Below are positions 26,276 to 40,219 of a stretch of 64,000 nucleotides of DNA, piece by piece. The DNA comes from Octopus vulgaris (Eukaryota). The DNA is taken from positions 165,974,001 through 166,038,000 of the forward strand of contig OX597814.1 of the NCBI GenBank assembly GCA_951406725.2, given 5' to 3'. Each line of letters opens with the position of its first letter. Position 1 is the stretch's first letter. Made by a program: the position numbers and the translations under genes. Under the pieces are notes generated by a model. The model had not been told where the DNA came from. It saw only the letters and a list, made by a program, of their open reading frames with translations, and made no database searches.

Positions 26276-27133
26276 CTTATATAATATATATATAGAGAGA
26301 GAGAGAGAATGTTATTGCTGGCGTATTGTTTATTCATTTTCAAAGTGACTGAAGTTACTTCAACAACTTCGACAAAACTAGCAATATTTTGCATCCATAC
26401 ATACGCACACTTAAAACACTTTCGGAGAAAAGAAAGTTGTGAAAAAGTTATTTCGAAGAACTGGTAGTACTGATCATAATTACAATATATACAAATATGC
26501 GTGTGTGTGTGTGCATGTATAAATATCTACATATTATTTACATACATATTATATATATTTATATATGTGTGTATATATATATATATATATAGATATAATC
26601 ACAACAAACAACAGCAACAGATACTGACGGGACAGTAAAAATAAACATTAATAATGATTTCTTTTGCTCAAGGGCAACAAAAAGTAAATAGTAAAAAGTG
26701 TAGTAATTATTGTAAGCAGGCTTACAGATATATATGTATATATTTACATTATATAAATATATATATTTATACATATATATATCTACATACATGAAATATT
26801 ATGTACATTTATATACATTACTCGAATGGCAACAGATATTAATTGGAAAATAACAACACTAGTGACGATGATAGTATTTATAGTAAAGAAGTTGATTGAA
26901 GTTTGAAGTGGTGAAAGTTAAATAAAGGAAGATATAAAAACATAATATACTGTTATAAAGTTTATAAAAACTCAAAATCTATTCGTAACGAAAGTGATAA
27001 ACTAACAGAGAGAAAATAAATAAAAAATTAGATAGCACATAAATAACTCTTCTACGTGCTTTGATGAGATGACCACCAAAGCCAAATGTGCAACATTAAA
27101 CAATTGGGTTAAATTTAAATGAGCCAAACTCAC

Positions 27134-27148
27134 CCCAACCGACGCCAT
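27134..27148 (-). CDS. First coding exon (MASVG) of a long minus-strand gene, tentatively OGT-like
   Basis: Minus strand reads AAG ATG GCG TCG GTT GGG|GTGAGT: YY1-like AAGATGGCG start, consensus donor, local CpG enrichment and CCAAT boxes upstream. Human OGT begins MASSVGNVADST. The exon is likely; the identity is tentative. Confidence 0.7.
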
Positions 27149-27330
27149 CTTCTCAAAATTGCGACTGGACTTAAACGAAAGCAGCCGTTTGATTGGCTGT
27201 TGTCGGTCATGAGCTAGTCGCCCCTACCGTTCTCATTGGTCACTCTCTTTCTCCCTCTCCCACTCATTTTTTTTTCTTTCTGCCGTATTACTCTTATTCG
27301 TATTATGAATATTCACTCGTTTTCGTCTTG
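27149..27330 (-). promoter_or_regulatory. Promoter/5'UTR of the minus-strand gene
   Basis: Two CCAAT boxes in gene orientation (+ strand GATTGGC 27191-27197, CATTGGT 27234-27240) in a CpG-rich patch within CpG-poor surroundings. Confidence 0.6.
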
Positions 27331-28671
27331 TTGTTGTAGATAGAACTCTATCAGTCTCTTAGTAAATATTGTAAAGTTTTTTTCACGAAGTTTCTCAATT
27401 CTTATATCGCTATTCTAACTTGTTAGAGTTCTTAGCATAGTTAGTATCTTTATCATGGAGTTATTCACATAGGTATGGCAAAGAAAACCACTGATTTAAC
27501 ATCACAAACGTATATTTATTTTGACAGCATCTCATCTAAGCCATTACCTCATTGCTTCAATGTTTTCATTTTACACATAACTATATTATATATAATTATA
27601 TATCGGCATACGAAACTTCGCCTTATATATCTAGCTAAGTTATCTATATATATATAGCCGCGACAACAATTTATATATATATATATTCGAGATTATTCTT
27701 GTCTATATAGATTTATTACTTTTTCTCACTTTAAGTAGAGACGTGTGTATATAGTTATTTCCATAAATAGCTATAACTAACCAAATGTTAGCAAGTACTT
27801 CAAAGTATTACCGATAGTTTTACCTAGTCGAATATACCATTTAATATAACTATGTAGTGCGACAATGTTTATATCTTTAGGGTATGTTTTTGTAATTGCT
27901 ATTTAGTCTTCGGTTAGCTTTGAACATTCAAACACTTGAATCGGTACTATAAATTACCCATCCCTCCTTTCTTTTTGGTGATGTCGATAATGGTTTTCTT
28001 TCGTAATTAGGTTCTCCATCATTCAAATTTAAGGTGCTCACCGTTTATATATATTTGCATATTCATCAGTATATGTATGCATATATATTAGATAATGTAC
28101 ATACACACACACACATATATATATATATCTTTTAGATAGCATGAGCCCATGGACTAGGGGCTTCAAGCTTGGTGGGGGGTATCTAACCCACAGAAACGTG
28201 AAGCTTGAAGTTAAAAATTGAAAAAAAAATATGTTTACGGCAATCAAATAATATATACTTTTTACTTCATGAATTTTTAAAAAATCCAATACAATTTTTA
28301 AATTATTGAGCCCTCTATTGATTTATTGGACTCTTAAAGCCATTGAATTTGAGTCCTGAATCTACTGATAGGAATAACATAACTTCCTTAGCTGACAGCT
28401 GTTTTTACTGTAATAAGCAGTACCCTCAGCTGAGTGCATGTGCAACATCTTATAGCTTTGTCATTAGAATGAAGCGTATATTCATTTCAGAAATGCTTCT
28501 CAAAATAAACATACTCTTAAGTTTAATGACTGAGGAAATTATATGATATTGCACAAATACTCAGCTCCAAGTACACTGCTTTTTATGGCAGAAACAGCTG
28601 TAAGCTAGTGAAGTTGACTGCGTAATTCCTGTTCATTTGTCATTCAATAATTAATATTACTCTCTGTAAGG

Positions 28672-28885
28672 CTGTGACCTGGCAGAAACATTAGTACGCC
28701 AGGTGAAATATGCTTAGCGGTATTTTGTCTGTCTTTACATTCTGAGTTCAAATTCCACTACGGTCGATTTTGTCTATCATCCTTTTGGGGTCGATAAATT
28801 AAGTACCAGTTGCATACTGAGATCAATCTAACCGACTGGATCCCTCCCCAAGAATTTCAGGCCTTGTGTCTGGAGTAGAAAAGAA
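28672..28885 (+). mobile_element. SINE-like family B (copies + about 47140, 49250, 51040, 55785, 63228; - about 345-555, 38765, 52905)
   Basis: Shared GAGCTGGCAGAA...TTCTGAGTTCAAAT...GGTCGACTTTGCCTTTCATCC...AAGTACCAGT core. Confidence 0.8.
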
Positions 28886-30577
28886 TATTACTCTGTACTC
28901 AATGCTTTTCTATAAAGCATATGTATATTAAATTCTAACAACTAGTTTTTAGTATCACTATGCCCAAATGCAATTTTAATATATAAATATATATATATAT
29001 CTTTATCTTGTTTATAGAGGCAGAATGTATGTACATAATTGTATGTGTGTGTGTTTGTATACATATATATCATCTATTAACATCCATACTCCATGCTGAT
29101 GTGGTTTGGATGGTTCAACAGAACCCAACTAGTTTGAGAACAGCATTTGTCTCCAGTGTCTACTACAATAAGGTTTCTATGGCTGGATGCTCTTCCTCAT
29201 GCCAGCCACTTTACAGAGTGTACTGGATACTTTTCTCGTAACAACAGCTCTAATGAAATTCCCAAGTAACTCGCAAGACAAGGCCTCTTGACAGAGTGGT
29301 AGTGCACTATCAAGGGGAATGACTTTGTACCTGATGTTACAAGTCTCAAGTATGAAAGAGGGACACAAACAGGCATCTTTCTGTAGAGAAGATACATGGC
29401 TACCCAAGCATGAAAGGAAGGAAGGATGGAAACGTATCAGGGTACACCCTCAAGGTACAAGAAGGTTAATAAAAAGAGAATAGGAGCAAAGAACCAAGGG
29501 TCGCTGAATGGGTAGATAGGTTTGTGAGAGTGTAAAAGAAGAGTGATAGACAGTAGATGAGCATAAAAATAAAAGCAGTGAATGGTGAACATGGATAGAG
29601 AAGACAATTGTGTCTCAGTTTGAGGAGAATGTAAAGAAAACAGGAGTTGGTCATGGATAAGGAGGTGGTAACACATGCATAAAAAGGAAGCAAGGTGGAA
29701 AACAACAGTACAAAAACAATTGTAGATGAGACATAGGGAGACAAGGTGAAGTCTAGCAGAGAGTAATGCACACTCAGAGTAAGAGGTACATAAAGGTGGA
29801 TATAGTGAGTTATGAGAAGGTGTTCAGGGAATAGGGGTATCCAGTAGATATATAGTGATAAAGGATGGTGTTGGGAAATGGGGAAGAGTGAGAAGGGAGG
29901 TGGTCCCAAAAGAGAGAGTACTGATAGCACAAAGTGGAAGAAGAAATATTTACACTTCTGCTCTCATATATTTACAGCAGCTGAGAACAAGTGCCATAGT
30001 TACAGGAAGATGGGTTGCTGTGAAGGTTTCACAGGTACAGATTGGGTGCAGGGGCAGAGACATTAACAGTGTTTTTAGGACCTCATAGTATGTTCATTTA
30101 TATTTATATAGTGCAAGTTAAGGAACAGAACATGTCACTAGCATTTACAACTTTGTGTATTCTTTTTTTATTCCAAAAGAGAAAGCTGTGAAGAAATTAG
30201 TACTGTTAAGTCAAACTTTCTTGCTACTGTAGTGCAACAGTCACAAAGTACACATAAAAAAAAGAGAGACTGGGGAGTTAGATCTGAAACTATTTATTGC
30301 ATCCTTACACTGGTTTCAGTGAAGCTTTTAAGATTTGATTACATAAGTCTGACCTGATCTATTGACTACAGCTTCACATCAGAGTTGATTTCTGAAATGT
30401 GTGCATATATGCATGCATGTTTGTGGTATTAATAAAATACAGAAAACATGCAGTATTTTATGCTTTGTAATAGATACACGTGTTTCATCCAATTAACTTC
30501 CAAGATTACATACTTGTTAAAATATTATATAATACTATATAATATTAATTCACATCTCCATTGTTTAGTATATATAC

Positions 30578-30610
<33 letters not shown>

Positions 30611-30775
30611 GGAGTGGCTGTGTGGTAAGTAGCTTGCTAACCAACCACATGGTTCCGAGTTCAGTCCCACTGCGTGGCATCTTGGGCAAATGTCTTCTGC
30701 TATAGCCCCGGGCCGACCAATGCCTTGTGAGTGGATTTGGTAGACGGAAACTGAAAGAAGCCTGTCGTATATATG

Positions 30776-30807
<32 letters not shown>

Positions 30808-31005
30808 CGTTTGTGTTTGTCTACCTAGCATTGCTTGACAACCGATGCTGGTGTGTTTACGTCCCCGTCACTTAGCGGTTCGGCAAAAGAGAACGATAGA
30901 ATAAGTACTGGGCTTACAAAGAATAAGTCCCGGGGTCGATTTGTTCGACTAAAGGTGGTGCTCCAGCATGGCCGCAGTCAAATGACTGAAACAAGTAAAA
31001 GAGTA
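30611..31005 (+). mobile_element. tRNA-derived SINE family A, full-length
   Basis: Colinear with 11222-11598; inserted in (TA)n. Confidence 0.85.
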
Positions 31006-31419
31006 AATATATATATATATATCAAGAAGAAAAATGAAGAAAGCAAGTCTTTTTATTACATCAATTTACAATTATTTCAACCATATAACACAAGCCTTCT
31101 GTAGTTTTTTCACTCTTATTTATTTTTTATATATATATAATACACACACACACATGTATATATATATTTGCAGCATGGAAAGCAGTGCCAAGTTTTGTCA
31201 GTGAACAGGTCACGGTTTCAAAGCAATGAAAATGTTTTGACACAAATGAAAATTAAATGTTGAAGTGAAGCTAACAGTTTTTGTATGTTCTTGAATGGCT
31301 TACAAATATTTTCCCTGCTGCAATTGTTTTTGTTTCAGTACATGATCTCAGATCAAGTCACTTGCTATGCAAGTACATCTCTGTAATATATATATATATA
31401 TATAATAAATATATATACA

Positions 31420-33150
31420 TATATGACTATTTGGCTCAGGAATCAAAGTATTGTTCTGATAAGCATGATGGTATTTAAAAATAGCAAAAAGTTTGTTGAT
31501 TTGCAGAAAAAGGAATATGAAATTTCTAATGCAAAAAACTTTTCTGGTTGGTAAAGGCTGGTTTGTAAGGTTTAAGATGCCCTTGAATTTGCACAATTTT
31601 AAATTAACTGGTGAATCTGCCAGTGCTGACACAGAGGATGCTACTAAATATCCTGAATAGCTAAAATATGTTTGCTGAAGGGAGCAAGTATACAATGTTG
31701 ATGAAACTGTACTTTTCTATAAAAACACGTGCCTGCTTGAGCTTTTAACATCAAGAAGAGACTTGAACATCAGGATTTAAAGGCTGCAAAAATTATTTGA
31801 TGCTTCTTCTGGGAGGAAATGCCACTACTAGAGATATGAAATTAAAGCCCCCTTCTGATTTGACATTTAAATGAAAAGACATAGATGACTGAGAGCCTTT
31901 TTGAAGAGTAGTATACAAACACTTTATGTCCTACTGTAGAAAGGTACAGTGCCAGACATATTTAAAACAAGATATTGCTCATTTTAGACAACACATCAAT
32001 CAAATGAACTCAAATGAGCTTTCTGAGAGCATAAGAGTAAAATACAGTGAGGGGAAATAAATATTCAAAAGAATATGCTAAAGAAACTAATAAATTATAG
32101 TAACTAATGAATTTATATACAATTATAAATATTTAGGGGTGAAAAAAATATTCGTACAGAATAAATTTATGATTTTCTATGCCAAAAATACTGTTAAGAT
32201 AATTTTTTTTTTATTAGAACTTTCTCGTTTGTTCCAATAATCTTATCAGTTGTCATTTTTAAGTGTCAAAATGCTAGCTTCTTCATTCATCACTGAGACA
32301 ACATAAATTAGTATCGTAATAATGGCGAAAAGTAAAGAACTCACAAATTCAGTGGAAAGCAGGTAAAAGTTACAGGAAAATATCAGGGACCCTTTGTATT
32401 CTATTTTGTACCATATCTTCATTTATTCAAAGATATAGTTATGGTATATCCCATTTATGTTCATTAGAAATTAAATAAATAAAGAATTTTGACATGTACG
32501 AATATTTATTTCCCCCCACTGTATATCCTCAAGAATATATCTTCTTTGCACAAGCTAATGGATCAAGATGTGATAGCTAACTTCAAGGCACATTATCTGA
32601 GACAAATTTTCAAAACTTATGAAAGCAATTGATAGGGAGAGTAAACTAACAGTTAGAGACTTCTGAAGAAAGTTCGAGAGAATGGACACTGTGAATAACA
32701 TAAGTGAGTCATGGGATGAAGTGAAACCCTCAAATATGGATGGCACCAAGTGCCATTCATATTTCAGGGTTTCACTTCAAAGTCAGACTGTATCTCTGAC
32801 TTTATAAGTTTTCCACATCAAATTCAGAAAGATACTGTGAAATTTGAAAATGCTATATGGCTTGAAGTCACAGAGGATGTGGTTAACAAGGAGCTGGCAC
32901 TTTTAGAAAAAAAAGCAAGTTGAGAATACAGATGAGAAGATGGAAATTCTACCAACTCAATTTAAATAGACAACAAAAATATTGCCAAAGGGTTGGTATT
33001 TACCACAGAATAGCTGCAAGATTTTGCTAATGATAACTTTAATTGTGAATGTAATAAGAACAAGAGCATTCAGAGAGTGCAAAGCTCTGCCAAAGGCAAC
33101 ACCAACGTCCTCTCAACAATTAACTGCAGATGATTTTTAAAATGAGAATA
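31420..33150 (+). mobile_element. Degenerate pogo/Tigger transposase split by a Tc1-like MITE
   Basis: YNVDETVLFYK, GFKAAK, LLLGGNA, KLKP, ILLILDN, then after the insertion MDQDVIANFKAHYLRQIF. Confidence 0.75.
32045..32521. mobile_element. Tc1-like non-autonomous element
   Basis: TA|CAGTGAGGGGAAATAAATATTC...GAATATTTATTTCCCCCCACTG|TA: TIRs and a TA target duplication. Confidence 0.85.
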
Positions 33151-33344
33151 TCTGAAAAAAAATCCTTCAATGAATATCACGAGACCTCTTGGTTTTCTCT
33201 TCTCATAAATTCCGGTCATCCTTTAGTAATCCTGTTGTTTTAGATCGATGTATAGAATTATGTATATATGTAAGTATACTGTAAAGTGTTAAAATGTATG
33301 TATAATCTCCTAATATAATAATGAGCGTTGTCTTTTTATATATT

Positions 33345-33386
<42 letters not shown>

Positions 33387-33390
<4 letters not shown>

Positions 33391-33927
33391 GAAGACATGT
33401 TGGGGCAAGCGAAATCGAAATCGAATTGAACCAGCCAGGATCCCTGGTCTGGTGGTACGTAAAAAGCACTATCCGACTCGTGGCCGTGGCACGTAAAATA
33501 CTCCAATGCGACCGTATGACAGGCACCCTTGCCAACCCCCTTTGCTTGTGAAGACATGTTGGGGCAAGCGAAATCGAAATCGAATTGAACCAGCCAGGAT
33601 CCCTGGTCTGGTGGTACGTAAAAAGCACTATCCGACTCGTGGCCGATGCCAGCACCGCCTCGACTGGCTTCCGTGCCGGTGGCACATAAAATACACCAAT
33701 TTGACCGTGGCCGTTGCCAGCCCCGCCTGACACCTGTGCAGGTGGCACGTAAAAAGCACCCACTACACTCACGGAGTGGTTGGCGTTAGGAAGGGCATCC
33801 AGCTGTAGAAACATTGCCAGATTAGACTGGAGCCTGGTGCAGCCTTCTGGCTTCCCAGAACCCCGGTCGAACCGTCCACCCCATGCTAGCATGGAGAACG
33901 GACGTTAAACGACGATGATGATGATGA

Positions 33928-33930
<3 letters not shown>
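33387..33930 (+). mobile_element. RTE 3'-end fragment (other copies about 47600-48204 and 52385-52703; short tails at 8324-8380 and 6740-6795)
   Basis: GGCACGTAAAAAGCAC repeats, GAGTGGTTGGCGTTAGGAAGGGCATCCAGCTGTAGAAAC and terminal CATGCTAGCATGG...GACGTTAAAC(GAT)n, shared with the RTE at 35832. Confidence 0.85.
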
Positions 33931-33962
<32 letters not shown>

Positions 33963-34164
33963 AGAGCCAGGGTGAGAGGTGTAGGCAGAGGAGATAAATG
34001 ACAAAGAGAGAGTCGTGCAAATGAGAAAGGAAGGTGTGATAAATGAATAATGAAGAAAGGAGTGAAAAAGCAAATAAGTGGCATTTGAAGTGTGAGTATA
34101 TGTGTGTATGTGTGTGCGTGTACAAGAGAACTATGTGAGACTTTACATATATATGTAAAGTAAA

Positions 34165-34378
34165 GAAAATTAAAAAAATAATCCAGAATCCTTGTCTGGT
34201 ACTGGATTGATCCCAAAATCTAATCAGTTTGTGCCAGTCATTAGACCAAACATCCCTGAAACATCCAAATCCATCCAGCAGTTCTTGAGATATCTTGTCC
34301 ACAGACTAACAAACAAACAAGCAAACAAACAAAGACAACTGAAAACAATACCTCTGCATTTGCTAAGGCAGAGATAAT
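34165..34378 (+). mobile_element. Helentron/DINE-like non-autonomous element, 3' part
   Basis: (AAAC)n tract followed by AAAACAATACCTCTGC...GCAGAGATAAT terminal hairpin. Confidence 0.45.
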
Positions 34379-34813
34379 TACAAAAGTTACAATAAGCTCA
34401 GTTCCTACAGAGAGATGAAATGTCATAAACATCAAACAATTTATCAAGTAGATGATAATGATGATAGTGTTCCTCACTCTCCAAGTACCCCTTAGTTTTC
34501 TACATTTTTTTTATGGTATGAACATATGATATTATGATTCTTATTTATTTCCTAATGTATTTCACCTCAAATGTTTTTATGTATACGCATTGTATTGTGT
34601 ATGTTTAGAAATTGCATTTCAGCTCCCATGACTTTCGGAAACATTTTTTCACGCTCAGAGTTGCTGAAGCATGGAATAAACTGCCTGCGTCAGTTGTTGA
34701 CTGCCATGACACTGCATCTTTTAAGGCCCTCATGCTTTCCGAAATCCGCCGAAACTTCACCTGATTATATATACACTTTAGATGAGTTGTAGTGCACCTG
34801 AGCACTGTACACA

Positions 34814-34849
<36 letters not shown>

Positions 34850-35025
34850 TTATGCATAAAGGTGATCATGCTTCTTGTTCTATTTTCATTGTTTCTATTT
34901 TTTTTTCTTTTTATCAATCAGAACACATTATCATTTCATATCATGAAAATCAGTAGGAATATTAATGTCTGTCATGGCAAATTTTTCTAGAATGCATTAA
35001 TCTAGTAAAATGGGGTCTCCAGTAT

Positions 35026-35065
<40 letters not shown>

Positions 35066-35110
35066 GTGTGTGCGTGCATGTGTGTATGTGTATGCATATA
35101 TATATATGTG

Positions 35111-35141
<31 letters not shown>

Positions 35142-35252
35142 TTATATATATATATATATTGTATAAGTACATACAAAGATTCACACATACACGTGAATAT
35201 ATGCATAAATAAATACATTTATATCTATCTATCTATCTATCTCTTTCTCTCG

Positions 35253-35287
<35 letters not shown>

Positions 35288-35456
35288 GATAAATATCAAA
35301 GTGAGTTATATACAGTAGCGGTAACACATCGTGACGTATATTTGCCATTTCAATATGGCTAACCCCTAAGGGTGGATGCTACTGTGTCCTCCTGGGGCTA
35401 AAAACTACAGTAGCATCCACCCTTAGGGGTTAGCCATATTGAAATGGCAAATATAC

Positions 35457-35612
<156 letters not shown>

Positions 35613-35831
35613 ATAAGTATAGGCATGGCTAAATGGCTAAGAAATTTGTTTCCCAACCACATGGCTTTTACTTCAGTCCTACTATATGGAATGTACATCT
35701 ACTATATCTGAACAAGGCCTTGTAAGTGGTTTTGGTAGACAGAAACTGAAAGAAGCCTGTTATATGCATGTATGTGAGTGTGTGTATGTCCTTGTCTTGA
35801 TATTGCAAGATAATTGTTTCAGAAGTTGATT

Positions 35832-38375
35832 TCATCATCATCATCATCACCATTTAAGGTCCGCTTTCCATGCTAGCATGGGTTCGACGATTTGACTGAC
35901 AACGGGCAAACCAGATGGCTGCACCAGGCTCCAATCTTGATTTGGCAGAGTTTCTACAGCTGGATGCCCTTCCTAACGCCAACCACTCTGAGAGTGTAGT
36001 GGGTGCTTTTACGTGCCACCGGCACGAGGGCCAATCAGGCGGTACTGGCAACAGTCACAGAAAATCTTGTTTTTTTTTCATGTGTCACCTGCACACCAAT
36101 CATGCTCGAATAGTGCATGAATGCCAGTTAGCCACTCTGGCAACGATCACGCTTGGATGGTGCTCTTAGTGCTCCACTAGTACGAATGCCAGTCTTCGAA
36201 TTTGATTTTGATTCCGATTTCACTTGCCTCAACAAGTCTTCGCAAGCTGTGTCCAATGAAGGGAAGGTACGCATATGTGAGCTGGTTACACTCCTGGCTT
36301 AGGCTACAAGGTTATGGTTTCACTTGGCTTGCCAGGTCTTCTTAAGCACAGCATATTTCCAAAATTTTCAGTCATTAGTCATTGCATCGGTGAGGCCTAA
36401 TGTTCGAAGGTCATGCTTCACCATTTCACCCCAGGTCTTCCTGGTTCTACCTCTTCCACAGGTTCCCTCAGCCGCTAGGGTGTGGCATTTTTCACACAGC
36501 TATCCTCATCCATTCTCACCACATGACCATATCAGCACAGTCATCTCTCTTGCACACCACAACTGATGCTTCTTAGGTCCAACTTTTCTCTTAAGGTACT
36601 TACACTCTGTCGAGTATGCACACTGACATTACACATCCATCGGATCATACTGGCTTCATTCCTTGCAAGCTTACGCATGTCCTCTGCACTCATGGCCAAT
36701 GTTTCACTGCCATGTAGCATGGCTGTTCTTACACATGCGTCATACAGTCTACCTTTTACCCTGAGTGAGAGGCCCTTTGTCACCAGCAGAGGTAGGTGCT
36801 CTCTGAACTTTACCCAGGCTATTCTTATTCTAGCAGCTACACTTTCAGAGCATCCATCCCCACTACTGACTTGGTCACCTAGGCAATGGAAGCTATCAAC
36901 TACTTCTAGTTTTTCTCCCTGGAATATGACGGAAGTTGTTCTCTGCACATTTTCAGTGTTTATTGCTCCTGAGCATCTGCCACATACAAAAACTATCTTC
37001 CCAGTTAGCCTTCCTTTGATATTGTTGCACTTCTTGTGTGTCCATAGCTTACACTGGGTACATCTTATAGAGTTTCTACCTACACCTTTTCTAGAGATCA
37101 GGCAGGGCCATCTACATGAAGGGATTTGTGGTTTGCCTGCCTTCCTACTTATTAAGACTTTGGTTTTAGCTAGGTTGACTCTAAGGCCCTTCGATTCTAA
37201 TCCTTGTTTCCACACCTGAAACTTCTCCTTTAGTTCTGATAGTGACTCAGCAATTAGAGCAAGGTCGTCAGCATAGAGGAGCTCCCAAGGATATCCTGTC
37301 TTGAATTCCTCTGTTATTGCCTGGAGGACTATGATAAACAGGAGGGGGCTAAAGACTGAGCCTTGGTGGACCCCTACCTCCACCTGGAATTCTTCACTGT
37401 ACTCGTTGCCAACCTTCACCTTACTGACAGCGTCCCTGTACATGGCTTGCACAGCTCTCACTAACCATTCATCTATCTCTAGTTTCCTCATTGACCACCA
37501 GATAAGGGATCAGAGGACTCTGTCAAAGGCTTTCTCCATGTCAACAAAAGCCAGGTACAGAGGTTTATCTTTGGCCAGGTATTTCTCCTGCAGCTGTCTT
37601 ACCAGAAATATAGCATCAGTGGTGCTTTTCCCTGGCACAAACCCAAACTGCATCTCATCTAAACTGACTCTCTCCCAAATTAGTTAGGCTATGACCCTCT
37701 CCTGACCTTCATTACCTGATCCAACAACTTGATACCTCTGTAATTATTTGTATCTAAAGCGTCACCTTTTCCTTCGTAGCAGTTGACTATTGTGCTGCTA
37801 CACCAGTCATTGGGTATGACTCCTTCGTGTATCACCTGGTTAACTATACAGGTGACTAGGCTATAGTCGACACTGCCAGATATTTTGAGCATCTCTGCAA
37901 TGATTCTTGATGGGCCAAGGGCTTTCCCTGTCTTCATACTCTTAATTGCTTTATCTACCAAGGTACTGTCAACTAGGATAGCAGGTCCCCCTGTTGGGTC
38001 GACATTTGGCAGACTCTCTTTCTCCCATTCATTTTCTTCATTCAACAACCTTTCATAGTGGCGTCTCCAAACCTCTCTCTTTGCAGCCTACAACATCATG
38101 ATTCTCTCTCACACAGTCTTGCAACACGAAATACCTCAAGTCTTTAGTCCTCACGGCACAGAACATTGGCAAATTTTTTCTTATCTGCTTCCCCTCTGGC
38201 TAAATAAACCTGCCTCCTAGTTTCCCTTCTGGCAGTCTGATACAATTCCCTTCTACTCCCGTTTCTCTAGTCCTTACAAGCCTGTTTCTTTTCTCTAATA
38301 GCCCTGTCAACAACATTGTTCCACCACTATGTTATTTTGGGTTGAGAGGGGACTTAGCACCATCCACAGATCTGG

Positions 38376-38377
<2 letters not shown>
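35832..38377 (-). mobile_element. 5'-truncated RTE-clade LINE with RT, 3'UTR and (GAT)n tail
   Basis: Disrupted ORF pieces 37689-38048 and 36541-37491 with NYRGIKLL, GVHQGSVFSPLLF and LLYADDLAL; 3' end with the CATGCTAGCATG hairpin and (GAT)n. Confidence 0.95.
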
Positions 38378-38430
<53 letters not shown>

Positions 38431-40219
38431 TAGATATACATATACATATATGTATGCATGTGTGTTACAAGCAAATGCGCACATGTGTGTGCATAGATAG
38501 ATAGATTTATTTTCCATCAAGCAACCCCTTAGATTCCCCTCCCTCCATGAATCCCATCTCTTCATCATTTGCAGTATTCTCTCCCAAGTTACCTCCATTG
38601 CCCCCCAATGCCTTCTCTTTATTTCACCACCTGCCCTTACAGTTCTTTCTTTTCTCAACTGCTCTCCCTACCCTTCCCCTCCACCATCCTCTTTCCACAG
38701 CCTTCCTATCTGGGAGTAACTGATTCTCAAAGAAAGAAAGAAAAAGAAAGAGAGAGAAGGCAGAAAATTGACTGCTGGTACTTTATTTCATTGAACCTCT
38801 GGAAGGATGAAAGGCAAAGTTCACCCTGGTACAATTTGAATCCAGAACAAAATGAGTCAGAACATATGCCACAAATTATTTATCTGATACCCTAATGATT
38901 CTGCCAATAAATTGCAGTATTCAATGTGACTTTTTTTTAAGTGCAGGGAACAGAAACTCACTCGTGCTGAAGCCACCATGGAATCTCCTTTTTGTTTACT
39001 GTGGCGGAAAATCAGTTTTACAATTCAGATGAACTACCATATCAAACTTATTGAGTCTAGTCTGCTTCCATAAAAGTAATGTGGTATCTATGTGAGACAG
39101 CGCTGTTGATATGGTATTTGCTGCAAGATAGTGGCAGGAGAAATGCCAAGAACACCATCAAGATCTTGTCATAATTATCATCCTCATTTAACATCTAGCT
39201 TCCATGCTATCATGGATTGGATGAAACAACGGGATCTGACAAGTTAGAAGACTGTGTCATGCTCCAATGTCTATTTTGGCATGGATTTCAACAGTTGGAA
39301 GCTTTTCCTAACGCTATTGACTTTAAAATGTACTGGATGCATTTTTGTAACCTCAGCACAAGATTGTCTCATAACTTGAATGGTTATGGGCTTAAAGTAG
39401 GAGGATGGGGGTGGATAAGTAAGGTGAGAAGAGAAAATCTAGAGTTGTGTTAGGGTGGTAGTGGGGAGAGAAACAGTAGTCAAGTAGTTACCAATTGGTC
39501 AAGTATGGCAGGTGAAGGAATTAGAAACAGAGGTTATTGAGAAAAGAGGAGAATAAAGTAGAAAGGTGACAGAGTAGGTTATACATTGGGGAGGTCTAGG
39601 GCTACCCTACATTATAAGGGCAGGGATGAACAGGAAATGTTGGAGAAGGGGACAGGAAGAGAGCAATAGACTAGAGTGAAGAGGAATCCTGAGAGTCATC
39701 AAGGGAAGAAGTGTGGGGGTAGGCCAGAGGAGGACAGATGAGAAGGGATGTTCAGAAGGTGGAGAAGCTGTGGGTAGAGGACAGTGAGAGAAAATTAGGC
39801 AGAGGGTGATGAAGCAGTGGATGAGTGTAGTGAGATCAGTGAGGAAAAGAAACACTGGAAGGTACCATGGAGGTAGGGAGAAGAAGAACAGTGAGTAAAT
39901 ACTGTGAAAGCAACCCATGTGGTGAGGCAATGGAGAGATCTTCATTTGGGAAAGCAGTGGAGAAAAGGATGGCAAGAGAGAAATAGAGAATAGCAGTAGT
40001 GAGTGCAGTGGGGTAAAGAAAGAAGTGAAAGGACAGGTGGCAAGATAAAGAGGAGGCATTGGATAGCAATGAAGGTAATGTAGAAGAGCAAATGATGAAG
40101 AGATAGGAGTCATAGAGTGGGGAATATAAGGTGGACTTGGAGGAGATAAAATATATACATACATATATAACAACTTTTTAAACACTAACCTAGTGTCAAG
40201 GTGCATTTTACCATGAGTA

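Noticed and set aside
1-27133. The minus-strand gene as a non-coding snoRNA host gene
   Set aside because: A by-eye scan found no convincing RUGAUGA/CUGA pairs, and a protein-coding reading explains the exons better.
33203-33892. 229-aa ORF, and similar ORFs at 36566-37219, 39607-40251, 29466-29930 and 47830-48210
   Set aside because: Antisense to RTE sequence or derived from low-complexity purine tracts; no protein features.
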